A DNA stretch of 64,000 bases from Mustelus asterias (GCF_964213995.1 NW_027590162.1:124001-188000); one strand, 5' to 3'. Shown: positions 47,210 to 61,021, counted from the stretch's first letter. Notes: generated by a model not told the origin, from the letters alone. A program made the numbers and translations.

Positions 47210-50200
47210 ATATTCTCCTTAACCAGTAGTGCAACTCCCCCACCCCTTTTACATCCCCCTCTATCCTGCCTGAAACATCTGTATCCTGGAATGTTAAGCT
47301 GCCAATCCTGTCCTTCCCTTAACCAAGTCTCTGTAATGGCAACAACATCGTATTTCCTAGTACTAATCCAAGCTCTAAGTTCATCTGCCTTACCTGTAAC
47401 ACTTCTCGCATTGAAACAGATGCACTTCAGTCCACCAGACCCTCTTTGATTATAAACCCCACCCTGCCTGCTGTTTCTCTGGGTCTTACTGGCCCGACTC
47501 TCTGGTTCTCCTTCAGCTAATTCACCTTTGCTTTGGTTCCCACCCCCCTGCTAAACTAGTTTAAATCCTCCCATGTGACATTCGCAAACCTCCCGGCCAG
47601 AATATTTATGCCCTCCCAGTTTAGATGCAACCCGTCCTTCTTGTACAGGTCCCATCTGCCCCGAAAGAGACTCCAATCGTCCAGATATCTGAAACCCTCC
47701 CTCCTGCACCAGCTGTTTAGCCACATGTTGAGCTGCACTATCTTTCTATCCCTAGCCTCACTGGCATGTGGCACAGGGAGTAATCCTGAGATTACAACCC
47801 TCGAGATCCTGCTTTTTAACTTTCTACCTAACTCCCTAAACTGCTGCTGCAGGACCTCATCACTCCTCCTACCTATGTCGTTAGTACCAATATGTACCAC
47901 GACCTCTGGCTGTTCACCCTCTCCCTTCAGAATGCTTTCTGTTTGTTCAGTGACATCCTGAACCCTGGCACCAGGGAGGCAACATACCATCCTGGAGTCT
48001 CTTTCACGTCCACAGAAACGCCTATCTACACCCCTAACTATAGAATCCCCTATAACTATTGTTCTAGTGCTCTTTGTCCCTCCCTGCTTAACAACAGAGC
48101 CAGCCATGGTGCCACTGCTTTGGCTGCTGCTGCTGTTATTCCCTGATAGCCTATCTCCCCCAACAGTATCCAAAATGGTATACTTGTTAGAGAGGGGGAT
48201 GACCACAGGGGATTCCTGCACTGACTGCCTGCCCCTTCTGGCGGTCACCCATCCATCTGCCTGCACCTTGGGTGTGACCACGTCTCTAAATCTCCTATCT
48301 ATGATGCTTTCCGCCTCCTTCCTGCTCCTAAGGGCATCCAACTGCTGCTCCAACCTATCCATGCGGTCTGAAAGGAGCTGCAATTGGGTGCACTTCCTGC
48401 AGACATAGTTGTCCGAGATAGAACAAAGAACAATACAGCACAGGAACAGGCCCTTCGGCCCTCCAAGCCCGCGCCGCTCCCCGGTCCAGGATTGAATCCT
48501 GAATCCAGGATCCCCGCCCAATTTGAGATGCTGAAAGCCCCGGATCTCCCACATCCCAGAAGTGCAACACTTAACCCCACCAACCGACATTTCGAGTACC
48601 AATTAAATTATTTGAGAAAATTTATAAAACTCTTACCTTCACTTTTACCTTCCCACGGTGGCCTTTTGTTTGATTAGAGGAGGGAGCGAGGGAAACACTA
48701 ATGTGTTTCGGGTTTACCGCTCCTTGACACCAGATCTTCAGCTTCCCACTTCTTGGTAAATGTTGCTGGGCCGACTTCTCCCAGAATGCACCAGTGAAGT
48801 CCCTCAGCCGCCTCGACCGGATGCTCTAACTCCTGTTTATCACTGGAGGTGATCTTCCGCTTTCCACTTCTTGGTAAATGTTGCTGGTTCCCCAACCACG
48901 GAAAACATCCTTCCTGCATGTAGTCTGTCCAGCCTGTTAGAATTTTATATGTTTTAATCAGATCTCATCTGATCCTTTCCTTTCTGTTTTTCACGCCAAA
49001 GTGTATAACTTCACATTTAGCCGCGTTGTGCTGCATCTGCCATGTGTTTGTTCACTCACTCAAGTTGTCCAAATCACCTTGAAGCCTCCTTGCATCCTCC
49101 TCACAACTCACAATTCTGCCCAGTTTTGTGTTGTCAGCAAACGTGGAAATGTTACATTTGGTTCCCTCATCCAGGTCGTATATGTGAATACGCGCTGAAA
49201 AATGGGATGAGAATAGATCGGTGCTGATGGCCGGTGCATACACGAGGGGCTGAATGGCCTCTTTCTGTGATGCAAAATTCGATGACTCTCTGACCTCTTA
49301 AAGAAGTCATTCATTTGGGAACTCCTGAGATAAAGATTGGTTCGATAGAAATAAAGATCTCTTGTATTTTCTCTGGTGTCTTACACTTTGCTCCTTGCTT
49401 CCTGACAGGAATCTCCAAACTGGGGGAATTGTGGATCCTGGTGACATCACCCTGTTGGGAATGAAGCTATTGTCACAGAGTCCTGTGTTGTCAATGTACC
49501 GACCCGTTACCATAGTTACCCAGTTTCACTGGATGTTGGCAGAATGTTTACCATCGGTTTGGTGGTCGACCTGCCAGCTGTTCATATGGAATACAGATGC
49601 TGTGAGTGAGCATTGTCCACCTCCCACTTACAGCAATGACAGTGACAACCTGCATCATTTCCTATTGGGACTAGAGTCATAGAGTGACAGAGATTTACAG
49701 CTGGAAACAGGCCCTTCAGCCCAACTCATCCATGCTGCCCAGATTTTGCCATTAAACTAGTCCAGGTGCCTGCGTTTGCCCCATATTCCTCCATACCAAT
49801 CTTACCCATGTAACTATCTAAATGCTTTTTAAAAGGCAAAATTGTAACCACCTCGACTACTACCTCTGGCAGCTCGTTCCAGACACTCACCACCGTCTGT
49901 GCAAAAATTGCCCCTCTGGACCCTTTTGTGTTTCTCCCCTCTCATCTTAAATCTATGCCCTCCACTTTTAAACTCCCCGATCTTTGAGAAAAGACATTGA
50001 CTTTCGAGCTGATCTATAGCCCTCATTATTTTATAGATCTCTATAAGATAATCCCTAAGCCTCCTGCACTCCAGGGAAAAAGTCCCAGTCTATTCAGCCT
50101 CTCATAACTCAAACCATCAAGTCCCGGTAGCATCCTAGTAAATCTTTTTTGCACTCTTTCAAATTTAATAATATTCTTTCTATAATAGGGTGACCAGAAC

Positions 50201-50269
50201 TGCACACGGTATTCCTAGTGTGGCCTTACCAATGTCTTGTGCAACTTCAACATGACATGCGAAATCCTA

Positions 50270-51000
50270 TGTGAGGATAAATGGGCCAATACATTGCATT
50301 GCCATTCCGACAGTTGTTTATGAAGTGAAAAAGCCGGTGTTTAATGAAATGCCCCATGTGGAAATCTGCTCGAATATAACAACACTGCAAAATCCTCAAT
50401 TATTGTTGTTTCTGCTCAACCAGCCCTGGAAGCCCCGATTGGTCTGAAGTTGGAGGTGAAGAGGAGCCAAATCTCAACAACTTGCTGACAAACATCAAAA
50501 TTCAGCTGCTTTGGAGCAAGGCGATCCTCGAACAGGCCATTCAGAGTAGCCAAGACCCTGGAATGTCACCGCTGCTGGAGAACAGAGATGGAGTGAGCAA
50601 GGCCAGATTCTCGAGTGGTCAAAATGGGACCTCATTCATTGATGGAGTCTCCTACTCCAGTTCTCACTCCTTCTGACATTGTTGGATGGTTTGAAGTGGA
50701 GGAAATTAGTCAGGATGGAAGTGGTGACGAGATTCACAGTCACTCCGTTATCTTAGAGACCATTTTTAAGGCAATATGTGCAGCGACTCCACTGGGGTGG
50801 GTGTCAGATCAGCTCACCAGGTGGAAGGAGACCGAGAGCACAGACGAGGCCATTCAGCCCCAATACTTTCTTAAATGCTCCGTTGTGCAGTTCAAAAACT
50901 AGAAGTCTGGGATTCGAGCCACGTTACGCAGGTGACTGGGAAAAGCACCATCGGATTAATCAGACCACTGGCCCATACCGGAAAGACTAAAAGCCCAGCA
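50270..51000 (+). mobile_element. possible decayed LTR-retroelement integrase region
   Basis: Only short motifs (GPHSLM, GFEPRYAG) resembling SPHELM and PRYxGP; heavily frameshifted. Confidence 0.3.
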
Positions 51001-51179
51001 GAGGGACGTCAACATGTATTTTCACCTTTAATGTTTCTTCTTTACTCTAAATAACTTATTGTGTTTGTATAATTATCATAAATGTTTCACATTAAACAAA
51101 TACTCAGAATTTTTAGCATTGCTGGAGAAGTGTAACTGGGAACAATGCCCTGTTCATTCAGTTTGGGGAATACTTCCTG

Positions 51180-52400
51180 ACAGAGGAAGACTGGGACATG
51201 ACAGCTTCTCCCTATCAGCTCCTTCCAATTCCCTCCATAATTCTGAACACCTCTATCAAATCTCCTCTCAATCTTCTCTTCACTAAAGACCCAAATTCTC
51301 CAATCTACCGATGTAACTGAACTTCCTCATCCCTGGACTCACGCCCAGAGATTTATTACACCCTCGCTAATGCATTCACACCCTTTCTAAACACTGCTGT
51401 CCAGATCAGAGTGCAATACTCCAATTGAGGCCAAACCAGGGTTTGATACAGGTTTCCCACAACTTGCTTCCTCTTGTTCGCTATGCCCCGACGTATAAAG
51501 CTCACAATCCCAAATGCCTGAGTAACCACACTCTCAACCTGCCACCTAAACAGCAATTATTAGTGTCACATTTGACCACAGGTCCCTTGTTCCTGCATGT
51601 CTTTACAATTGTACCATTTCTTTTCTTTTGTCTCTCCCTTTTCTTCCCACTGAAATAAATCATTTCACACTTCTCTGCTTTAAATTGGTCTTGTTTGGCC
51701 AATCCACGAGCTGTCTAAGAAACTGTGAGCTTCAACACTACCTCCTCACTGTTCACAATGCTGTCACATATTATGTAATTACCACAGTTTGAATGTGTGT
51801 TCTGTACAGCATTGCCGATGTCTCTAATATGTATCAGGAAGAGCAGAATTCCTAACACCAACTCTCCTGGAATCCCACTTTAACCGACCTCCAATCCAAA
51901 TAAAAATACTTCCCACTGTGTTTCCTGTCACTGTCAGATTCCTATCCATTTTGCTGCTGTCCCTTTTATTCTATCAGCTCCAAATGTTACCACAAGGTTG
52001 CTGTGTGCCCCTTTATTTATAAAATGCTTTTTGCCAGTCCATGTTCACATTAACCACATTACCCTCATCAACCTTTTCTGTTACCCTCATGAAAATCTCG
52101 AGCAAGTTAAATATGATTCCCCTTTAATAATTATGTATGTGTTTTCCTTAATTAATGCACATTAGCACAAGTGAGTGTTAATTTTATCTGCAGTTATTGT
52201 TTGGAGAATATCCCACATTGCTGAGGTGAAACTGATTGGATTGAGTTGGCTTATCCTCACAGCCTTTTCTGAAAAAGTGTGTTTACCATTTGCAATTCTC
52301 CAGTCCTCTGGCACCACACATATAACTAGCAAGTATAGGAAACTTTTGGCCAATGCCTCTGCAATTTCCACCCTATTTCCCTCAGTATCCATGGATCCGT
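51180..52400 (-). mobile_element. ancient CR1 RT relic
   Basis: LYQTLVWPQLEYC and VPEDWRIAN motifs. Confidence 0.7.
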
Positions 52401-53489
52401 CTCTTCCAGTCACAAGAACACAGGAAATAAGAGCAGACATTGGCCACATGGCTCATCAATAATGTTCCTCCATTCGAGGGCAGCATGATGGCACAGTGGA
52501 TAGCACTGCTGCCTCACAGCATCAGGGAACTGGGTTCAATTGCAGTCCCAGTTCACTGTGTGGGGTTTGCACATTCTCCCCTTGTCTGTGGGGGTTAGGT
52601 TGATTGGCCATGCTAAATTGACTCTTAGTGTCAGGGGATTAGCAGGGTAAATATGTGCGGTGACGGGAATAGGGCTTGATGGGTTGAATGGCCTCATTCT
52701 GCACTGTAGGGATTGTATGATTCAATACAATGATGAGTTATGTGTCTTTAGTGCCATACAGTGCGAAGCACAGAGGCACAGCATTAAAACAACAGCAACA
52801 GCATCAGACAATACAAAGATAGAAATCATACATATTTCTGACAAGTTTTCCAAAAGTCACTACATTTTCAGTATTCACCATCAAAATCAGGTAAAGCATT
52901 TGAAATATCAACAATTCTATGTGGGGAAAACAAATTGTGAATATCGTCGCATGAACCAAATTTCTGCACTTTATACTGATGCCCACCCAAAATACAGTAG
53001 ATGCGAATAAAGATCTTTTGACGCTTAGGTAATAAGGCCATGTATCAATTTATAATATTGAACTAAACCATAAATCGGCCTTCTCTAAAGATTGCAATTC
53101 AAGAATCCTTAATCCTTCATCGGGTATTCCCCTCATGCTTTCCATTTTCCTGGTTACATATCATTGCACTCTCTCTGTCAGCTGAATATCTCTTTGAAAG
53201 TGTGGGTTCCAAAGTATGGGTGCAGTCTCCAGATGTGGGCATACCAGCTTCTTATAGAGTTTCAGATCTTGGGTTCAACTCCAGTTTACTCCTCACTCCC
53301 TTGATTCCCAAAGAAACCAAAATGTGTCTATCTCAGCCTGAACTGCAATAGAATCCCTCCAGTGCAGATGGAGGCCATTTGGCCCATTGAGTCTGCACCG
53401 ACTCTGAGACACCATCCCACCCAGAACCTGTCTCAGTCACCCCACATATTTATCCTGCTAATCCCCCTAACTGATACATTTGGGAAACA

Positions 53490-54785
53490 AAGGGTACCAT
53501 GTGGCACCTTAACAAGGTACCGCAAGATAGGTTGTTGCATAAGGTTAAATCTCACGGGATCCAGGGTGAGGTATCTTAATGAATACAAAATTGGCTTCTT
53601 GACAGAAGCCAGAGGGTGGTTGTAGTGGGTTGTTTTTCAAACTGGAGTCCCGAGGGGTGTGCCTCAGGGATCAGTGCTGGGTCCACTGTTATTTGTCATT
53701 TATTTTAATGATTTGGATGAGAATATAGGAGGCATGGTTAGTAAGTGTGCAGATGACACCAAGATTGGTGGCATCGTGGACAGTGAGGAAAGTTATCTCC
53801 AATTGTAAAGGGATCTTGATCAATTGGGCCAGTGGGCTGCCGAATGACAGACGGAGTTTAATTCAGACAAATGCAAGGTGATGCATTTTGGTAGATTGAA
53901 CCAGGGCAGACTTACCAAGTTAATGGCAGAGCATTGGGGAGAGATGCAGAACAAAGAGATCTCGGGGTACATGTTCAAAGCTCATTGAAAGTGGAGTCAC
54001 AGGTGGACAGAGTGGTGAAGAAGGCATTTGGCATGCTTGGTTTCATCGGTCAGAACATTGAATACAGGAGTTGGGACGTCCTGTTGAAGTCATACAAGTC
54101 ACTGGTAAGGCCACACTTGGAATACTGTGTACAGTCCTAGTCACTATTATAGAAAGGATATCATTAAACGAGAGAGCATGCAGAAAAGATTTACTAGGAT
54201 GCTACCGGGACTTGATGGTTTGAGTTTTAAGGCGAGGCTGGATAGACTGGGATCTTTTTCTCTGGACGTAGGAGGCTGAGGGGTGATCTTATAGAGATCT
54301 ATAAAATAATGAGGGACACAGATCAGCTAGAATAGTTAATATCTTTTCCCAAAGGTTGGGGAGTCGAAAGCTCGAGTGCACAGGTTTAAGGTGAGAGGGG
54401 AGAGATACAAAAGTGTCCAGAGGGACAAAAGCCACATGTGTGGCTTTTGCTACCAAATAAACCTGTTGGACTTTAACCTGCTGTTGTTAAACTTCTTACT
54501 GTGTTTACCCCAGTCCAACGCCGGCATCTCCACATCATGACTTTTTTCTACACAGAGGGTGGTGAGTGTCTGGAACAAGCTGCCAGAGGTAGTAGGTGGG
54601 TACAATTTTGTCTTTTAAAATGCATTTCGACAGTTACATGGGTAAGATGGGTGTAGAGGGATATGGGCCAAACGCAGGGATGTGGGCCAAATGCAGGCAA
54701 ATGGGATTAGCTTAGTGGTTTAAAAAAAGGGCGGCATGGACAAGTTAGGCCGAAGGGCCTGTATGCTGTAAACCTCTCTGACTCG
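53490..54785 (+). mobile_element. 5'-truncated CR1 LINE
   Basis: GVPQGSVLGP, ADDTKIGG and LVRPHLEYCVQ motifs. Confidence 0.88.
54426..54538 (+). mobile_element. short PLE-derived tail element with mini fold-back
   Basis: caaaagccacatgtgtggcttttg hairpin + ctaccaaataaacctgttggactttaacc..ccggcatctccacatc. Confidence 0.85.
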
Positions 54786-54962
54786 GAACCCATTCGGCCG
54801 ATCTTGTCCATGCCAGTCCGAGGCCCCCCTTTCCAAGCTCACCTTCCTGCACCCGGCCCGGAACCATGCAGCTGAAAGCATGATGGCGATCGAAATACTT
54901 CATACCAAAAAATCAGCAGGTTTTTTGGTTGTCTGAAATAGCGGAAGTATCACAATCATAAC

Positions 54963-55044
54963 CGCTGCGAGCGGGGCTCGAACCTGCGCGGGGAAACCCC
55001 ATTGGATTTCAAGTCCAACGCCTTAACCACTCGGCCATCACAGC
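54963..55044 (-). tRNA. tRNA-Ser(TGA)
   Basis: GCTGTGATGGCCGAGTGGTTAAGGCGTTGGACT-TGA-AATCCAATGGGGTTTCCCCGCGCAGGTTCGAGCCCCGCTCGCAGCG. Confidence 0.88.
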
Positions 55045-55372
55045 TGCGCATTTCTATAAATAATGTAACCTCAGTAATGTTCATATTAACTTCTATCAAG
55101 TACCGGGATTGTGCAGAGCACAGTGTGTGAGCTGAAATGTGTTCCTCTCCCGTTACTTTGTATCTTTGTCACGAACGGAGAACTCATTTGATGTCAGATT
55201 TGTTTTCCTATTTCAATATTTTTTCATGAGAAACGAATGACGTCCGAATAGAAAAAAATAAAAACTGATAGGTCTATTTTAATTCACTATTGTCAAATGT
55301 TGCGTTCGCCCTGTTTTTGTCCACTCGGTTTAAAATAATATTCGCGGATAAGGTTCTAAAACAAATTACGGA

Positions 55373-55444
55373 TGCGATGGCCGGGAATCGAACCCGGGTC
55401 AATTGCTTGGAAGGCAGCTATGCTCACCACTATACCACCATCGC
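55373..55444 (-). tRNA. tRNA-Gly(TCC)
   Basis: GCGATGGTGGTATAGTGGTGAGCATAGCTGCCT-TCC-AAGCAATTGACCCGGGTTCGATTCCCGGCCATCGCA. Confidence 0.9.
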
Positions 55445-55768
55445 TCACTCTGCTCAAGGAATCGTTATTTTAATCAGTTATAATTACGGAACTACCTGAG
55501 TTGCTGATTTCATTCCGCACCAGGTGTGTCCATAGCACAGTTTGGAAACTGAACTTGGCTTGTCTCGTTTTTCTGGACAGTTCAATTTATCTTTTTACTG
55601 TTGTTTCTGACTGGGAACTCATTGTTTAATTTTGAGGCCTGTCCTTTCATTTAAACAACTGAAAGCAAATTGAAGCTTGATTTTCCATTAGAAATCTTCA
55701 GTGAATTTTATTTTCGGAGTGCCCACCTACTGTTGTGACATGCGATAGCGAATTAAATAAATCACCAC

Positions 55769-55831
55769 TGTGATGGTCAGGAACTGACGTTTGGTCAAAC
55801 GCTCTCCCAGTCACCACTCCACCTCCATCGT
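55769..55831 (-). pseudogene. highly decayed tRNA-Gly relic
   Basis: Paralog of 7944-8006. Confidence 0.5.
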
Positions 55832-56874
55832 TCACCTGACTGTGCCACTCCCTCAGTAAGAAAGTCCAGCTCTGACAATGAATCTGGTTCCCTCCAGGTC
55901 CAATCGGAGGATGGTCAGGAACTGTCTGCCACTGTCAGAAACTCCATTATCAGCGAGTGGGGGATGATTATTTAACTGGCAGTCACTGGTTGTTGATGTT
56001 CTGGTTTATTGTTACCTGTCAGTGCAGGAGAAACAAATAAAACAGGAAATCTAGAGACTCCAAGAGCAGATAATTTGTATTTTCATCGTAAACAAACACA
56101 GTGATCTCAGCAATCACTGTAATAACTGGAAGGAAAAAACAGATATGATTGGCTCTGGCCACGGAATCTGGTTAACAGATGTGGTCCTACACCACATGGA
56201 CTGCAGCGGTTCCAGAAGCAGCTCATCACCACCTTCCCAAGGGCAATTAGGGATGGGCAATAAATGCTGACCCAGACAGCGACACTCACATTCCATGAAT
56301 GAATTCAAAGACAATCTGTGGGGAGCGGGCCTCAGAGTGTTTAACAGTTACTGAGGTGAAAAACTAACTCACCCCCTGGAATCCGGAGCAAAGGCCGGAA
56401 GGAGGAGAAATTCCGCCCTGGGACCTTACAGTTGGTGAAAGTTTTGTCCTGTGAATGTGTAGATGTGAATATTGTGGAAGAGAGAGTGTATGAAAGGAGC
56501 GGGCGGGTCAGACTAATCCAACTGTGTTTGTGTGTCTGTTCTGATCATGAGATCTCCGAGTCTCTCTTGTGTAAAATAAAACAATTTTTCAATCAAAGAT
56601 TCCCGCTAAACCCGCTGCTGAGCCCCAAAGTGAGATTTCAAAGCAATTGTTTCGCTAAATTGAAGATTTCAGTGGCAAAGTCGAGAACATGTCAGCTATC
56701 GCGTGAGAGCGCGATCAGTGCAGCAGTAAAACGGGTTTCAGTGGAAAATGGAGTCCTCAGTTCGAGTGAAACCTTTTCAACAGCAAACATTCGTGTGTCA
56801 GAGACATGAAGGATGTGAGCTGGATCTCTGGAGTGGCGGAATTTCATTGCAATGGGAGAGTTTGTGAGGAGAGA

Positions 56875-56950
56875 GAAACACAGAGAGGTTGGAGGAGCCG
56901 GGAGCTGACAGCAGCTTGTCTCTGCTCCGTCCGCTCTCTGCCTTTAAGTT
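56875..56950 (+). promoter_or_regulatory. H1 promoter: AAACACA (H1 box) and TTTAA TATA-like element
   Basis: gagaaacacaga at ~56876; cctttaag at 56941. Confidence 0.55.
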
Positions 56951-57024
56951 GCTCTGTGCCGCCACCACTGGGTTCATTTCGGATCCAGTTCTGACTCACA
57001 CAGATTTTCCACACACTCTCGGAT

Positions 57025-57660
57025 ATGACTGAAACTGCAGCCGCCGAAACGGCTCCTCCAGCCGCTCCCGCTCAAGTGAAGTCTCCCAGGAAGAAGAAGG
57101 CGGCTCCCCGACCTGCGGCAGCCGGTCCCAAGTTAGGCGAGCAGATCCTCAATGTTGTGGCGGGTTGCAGCGATCGCAATGGGATGTCCCTGGCCGCGAT
57201 AAAGAAAGCTTTGGCTGGCAGCGGAGTGGATGTGGGGAAGCGCGGCTCCCAGATCAGGTTAACTATCAAGAGGAAGGTGGAGACAGGGTCTCTGGTGCAG
57301 ACAAAGGGACAGGGCGCCTCCGGCTCCTTCAAACTCGCTAAGAAGGAAAGCCCGGGGAAAATGGGAAAGAAGGCGAAGAAACCAACAGCCAAGAAACCTT
57401 TAGTAAAGAAAGCAGCAGCCAAGAAACCCGCAGCCAAGAAACCCGCAGCAAAGAAAACTCCAGTGAAGAAATCAACAGTGAAGAAAACAAGCAGCAAGAA
57501 GGCGGCAACTCCAAAAAAGGCGGTGAAGAAAGCAGCCCTGAAGAAAAAGTCTCCTGTGAAGAAGGTGACGGGCGGAAAGTCTGTCAAAAAAGTGACTAAA
57601 TCGAAGGCCAAACCCAAAGTGAAAGCAGCAAAAGCGAAGAAAGCGTCAGGAAAGAAGTGA
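57025..57660 (+). CDS. H1: histone H1, replication-dependent, 211 aa
   Basis: Globular domain ..GMSLAAIKKAL..LVQTKGQGASGSFKL; Lys/Ala/Pro-rich tail. Confidence 0.97.
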   Translation: MTETAAAETAPPAAPAQVKSPRKKKAAPRPAAAGPKLGEQILNVVAGCSDRNGMSLAAIKKALAGSGVDVGKRGSQIRLTIKRKVETGSLVQTKGQGASGSFKLAKKESPGKMGKKAKKPTAKKPLVKKAAAKKPAAKKPAAKKTPVKKSTVKKTSSKKAATPKKAVKKAALKKKSPVKKVTGGKSVKKVTKSKAKPKVKAAKAKKASGKK

Positions 57661-57696
57661 AACAACCCGAGCAAATTGTAAACCTCTGAACCCAAA

Positions 57697-57712
57697 GGCT
57701 CTTCTCAGAGCC
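57697..57712 (+). terminator. histone 3' stem-loop (H1)
   Basis: GGCTCTTCTCAGAGCC-ACCCA with downstream GAAAGAGCTG HDE. Confidence 0.95.
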
Positions 57713-57954
57713 ACCCACATCTCTCAGGAAAGAGCTGATCCCGCAAGAAAATGATTCCTGTCCCGCGGCCCGGCTCATTCTCAATAGAGATCATTTCAAA
57801 TTCAGACTAAAGCAAAACACAGCAGAGGCTGAATTTCATTTGAATTTCACATTTGTTCAATCGCCACTTTCTCTCATAATAAAGATGTCTGGTAGATTCA
57901 GTGTGAGACAGTAACACTGGCGGCTAAACACCGCATTGCAGCCTAATTTTTAAT

Positions 57955-58220
57955 CGAATCCCTGCAGTGCAGAAGGAGGCCAATCGTCCCATCGAGTCTG
58001 AACCGACCTCAATCCCACCCAGGTCGGATTCCCATTACCCTATTTATTGACCGGACATTCCGGGACAATTTAGCATGGCCAATCAACCTGACAGGCACTT
58101 TGGTGTGCGGGAGGAAACCGGAGCACCCGGAGGAAGCCCGGGGAGAATGTGCAAACTCCACACAGACAGAGACCTCAGCCGGGAATCGAACCCAGGTGCC
58201 TGGGGCTCTGAGACGGCAAT
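57955..58220 (-). mobile_element. HE1/V-SINE-type SINE
   Basis: Core and B box gggaatcgaacccagg. Confidence 0.8.
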
Positions 58221-58237
58221 TCTTAGCCAAAAGTCAC

Positions 58238-58306
58238 TGTCAGGAGTGGGATTTGAACCCACGCCTCCAAGGAGACTGCGGCCTTAGACCGCTCGGCCAT
58301 CCTGAC
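58238..58306 (-). pseudogene. tRNA-Leu(CAG-type) lacking nt 26-38 (anticodon 5' stem and loop)
   Basis: GTCAGGATGGCCGAGCGGTCTAAGGC|CGCAGTCTCCTTGGAGGCGTGGGTTCAAATCCCACTCCTGACA; A box, B box and T4 intact. Confidence 0.88.
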
Positions 58307-58913
58307 TCCCTTAATTTTAACACAGGAGATTGCCCCAAACAGCTTCAATAAAGTGTTTGCAAACAGCGAGAAGCAGATGTGTGTGAGGATGTTCCGGAGG
58401 AAGATTCTTGCTATAGAATCGACTGTGTTTAGGTCGGAATATGACTGACTGGGAATTATGACGGGGCCAGGTTTAAAAACACAAAAGAACAAAGTCACGA
58501 CCCGAAACGTTAACTCTGTCTCTCTCTCTCTTCACAAAAGCTGCCGGAGCTGCTGATTATTTGCAGCATTTTCTGTTTTGATTCCATATTTCAAAGCTCC
58601 GGGTTTGTAGAAACTCTTGTGTGTGAAGGGCGGCTCTGGAAGGGTTTGTGTGGGGAGCTGTGTTTCGCTTCCATTGTGAATAAACGGGTTGAAATTGGCG
58701 GTTGCAGAAACTGGAGGTGGAGCTGAAAGATCAGGGGCCGTTCTGTGTGTGTGTGTCAGTCCGGCTCTCTCCTCCCTCCCGCTCTGTGTTTAATCTTCAC
58801 TCTGTCTCCTCCCCTCTCTGCTCTCACTCCGCCTTTCTCAGTCAGGTCGGTGCGGGCTGTATAAAAGGAGCCTGAAAGAGTTCCTCTCTCATATTGTGCA
58901 GAGATCTGAGTGA

Positions 58914-59234
<321 letters not shown>

Positions 59235-59268
59235 ACAACTGCAACCTTCCTACGGAACACACAACAAA

Positions 59269-59284
59269 GGCTCTTTTCAGAGCC
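59269..59284 (+). terminator. histone 3' stem-loop (H4)
   Basis: GGCTCTTTTCAGAGCC-ACTCA plus purine-rich HDE. Confidence 0.95.
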
Positions 59285-59739
59285 ACTCACCGCTTCACAA
59301 AGAGAGCAGTGACCTGGGGACGGGGGCTGGGACAGGCTGTTCAGTGTTTGAGATGCATGTTTGTTTTGTTTAGGTTACAGTGCGGGAATCACCGAATTTA
59401 ACATTTCATTTGGAGCAGCCATGCGGATTGTTTTTGAAATTTTTAAGTGGATTGTCGGAGCAGCCCCCAGTTGACATGTGCCCTCAGTGAAACGCCACAT
59501 CACTCCTGTTTAATCACTCAGTGTTTGGATAGAGTTTATAAAAGCTTTCTCTGGAATAGCGGAGTTTAGTAGCAGCAGCCGGTGAATCGTTCACTGGAAC
59601 CAGTCCCAGTTGTGATGCTATTTGCCCCCAGACGGTTGTTTCCTGCACTGAAACTGACGCTTTGTGAAACTGATCAGTTTCCGCTCAGTCATTCACAAAC
59701 CCGCAATTCCCGCAGCTTGAGCCGCTCCAACCCCAGCCT

Positions 59740-59890
59740 GCTTCTGATTGGCCATCCTCTCCGCATTCGCAGCTCTGAACCAATCGCAGAGCATCGAATG
59801 TGAAGATTGAGCCAATCATTGGCTTCAACTGTCAACCGGCAGAAATTTTGAATTGGGGAAAATGCCGCCAATTTCAGCGCGGGAAAGGGA
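59740..59890. promoter_or_regulatory. CCAAT/E2F-like motif cluster between H4 and H3
   Basis: gattgg, ccaatc x2, cattgg, gccaat, tttgaa, gcgcgggaaa. Confidence 0.45.
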
Positions 59891-60458
59891 ATTGAGACAA
59901 ATTCTTAACTTATTAAAAATAGATTCTCAATTAATATTCTGCTGTAAGATTATTTTACAAAAGGTTTCATTTGTCCGCCACGGGAAGCAAACGGCTCTAT
60001 TCAGTAATGTCAAACGGGACAAATATGAAGTCACTCTCTGTAACAAACAACAGACTCAACCCCTTTCACACCGGCTTCAGGGGGACACAGAGAAGCGACA
60101 GATTTCTGATCCTTTCCGCTGAAAGCGGCGGCGAATGTCACAAACGACAGGGGAGGGGAAATCTGAATGGGCTGGAGAGTAGAGGGACAGGGATCGAGTG
60201 GAACAGCGGGAGATTCTGGGAATGAACAGCCCAGAGAGCGGGGAAAGGGTCTAAAGCACTAAGTGGAGGGAGATGGACTTCAAATCTTCAATGTTTCTGG
60301 TAATGGTTATATTAATAAGGACGGAATAAAGTCTTCTTTGAAACAGACGGTTATTTCTTGCATCGAAAACGGCCCAATTTCTGAAAGGGGCGGTTAAGGA
60401 AACCACTGAACCAATTAGAACCTGAGTTACAGATATTAATTCCCTGGTCACAGTTTGA

Positions 60459-60992
<534 letters not shown>

Positions 60993-61021
60993 AACCCGAC
61001 CTCGGCACCAAGAACAACAAC

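Larger units (their letters stand above)
42297..48895 (-). mobile_element. near full-length CR1 LINE carrying nested insertions
   Basis: ORF1 (IGDSIV, HIGTNDIG, DGLHLN) at 47556-48600. ORF2 is continuous after removing 43759-44048 and 45262-47209 (GGVALLVKEN|IAAV junction). Confidence 0.92.
54790..56475. repeat. Ser-Gly tRNA module, copy C (best preserved, leads into H1)
   Basis: Colinear with 3700-5430 and 6720-8220. Confidence 0.88.

Noticed and set aside
47078-47222. Apparent 11-bp TSD attctccttaa implying a simple insertion with deletion
   Set aside because: Better explained by nesting, with the outer TSD at 45252/47210.
57072-57695. Antisense ORFs over histones and LINEs
   Set aside because: Shadow frames caused by codon bias.
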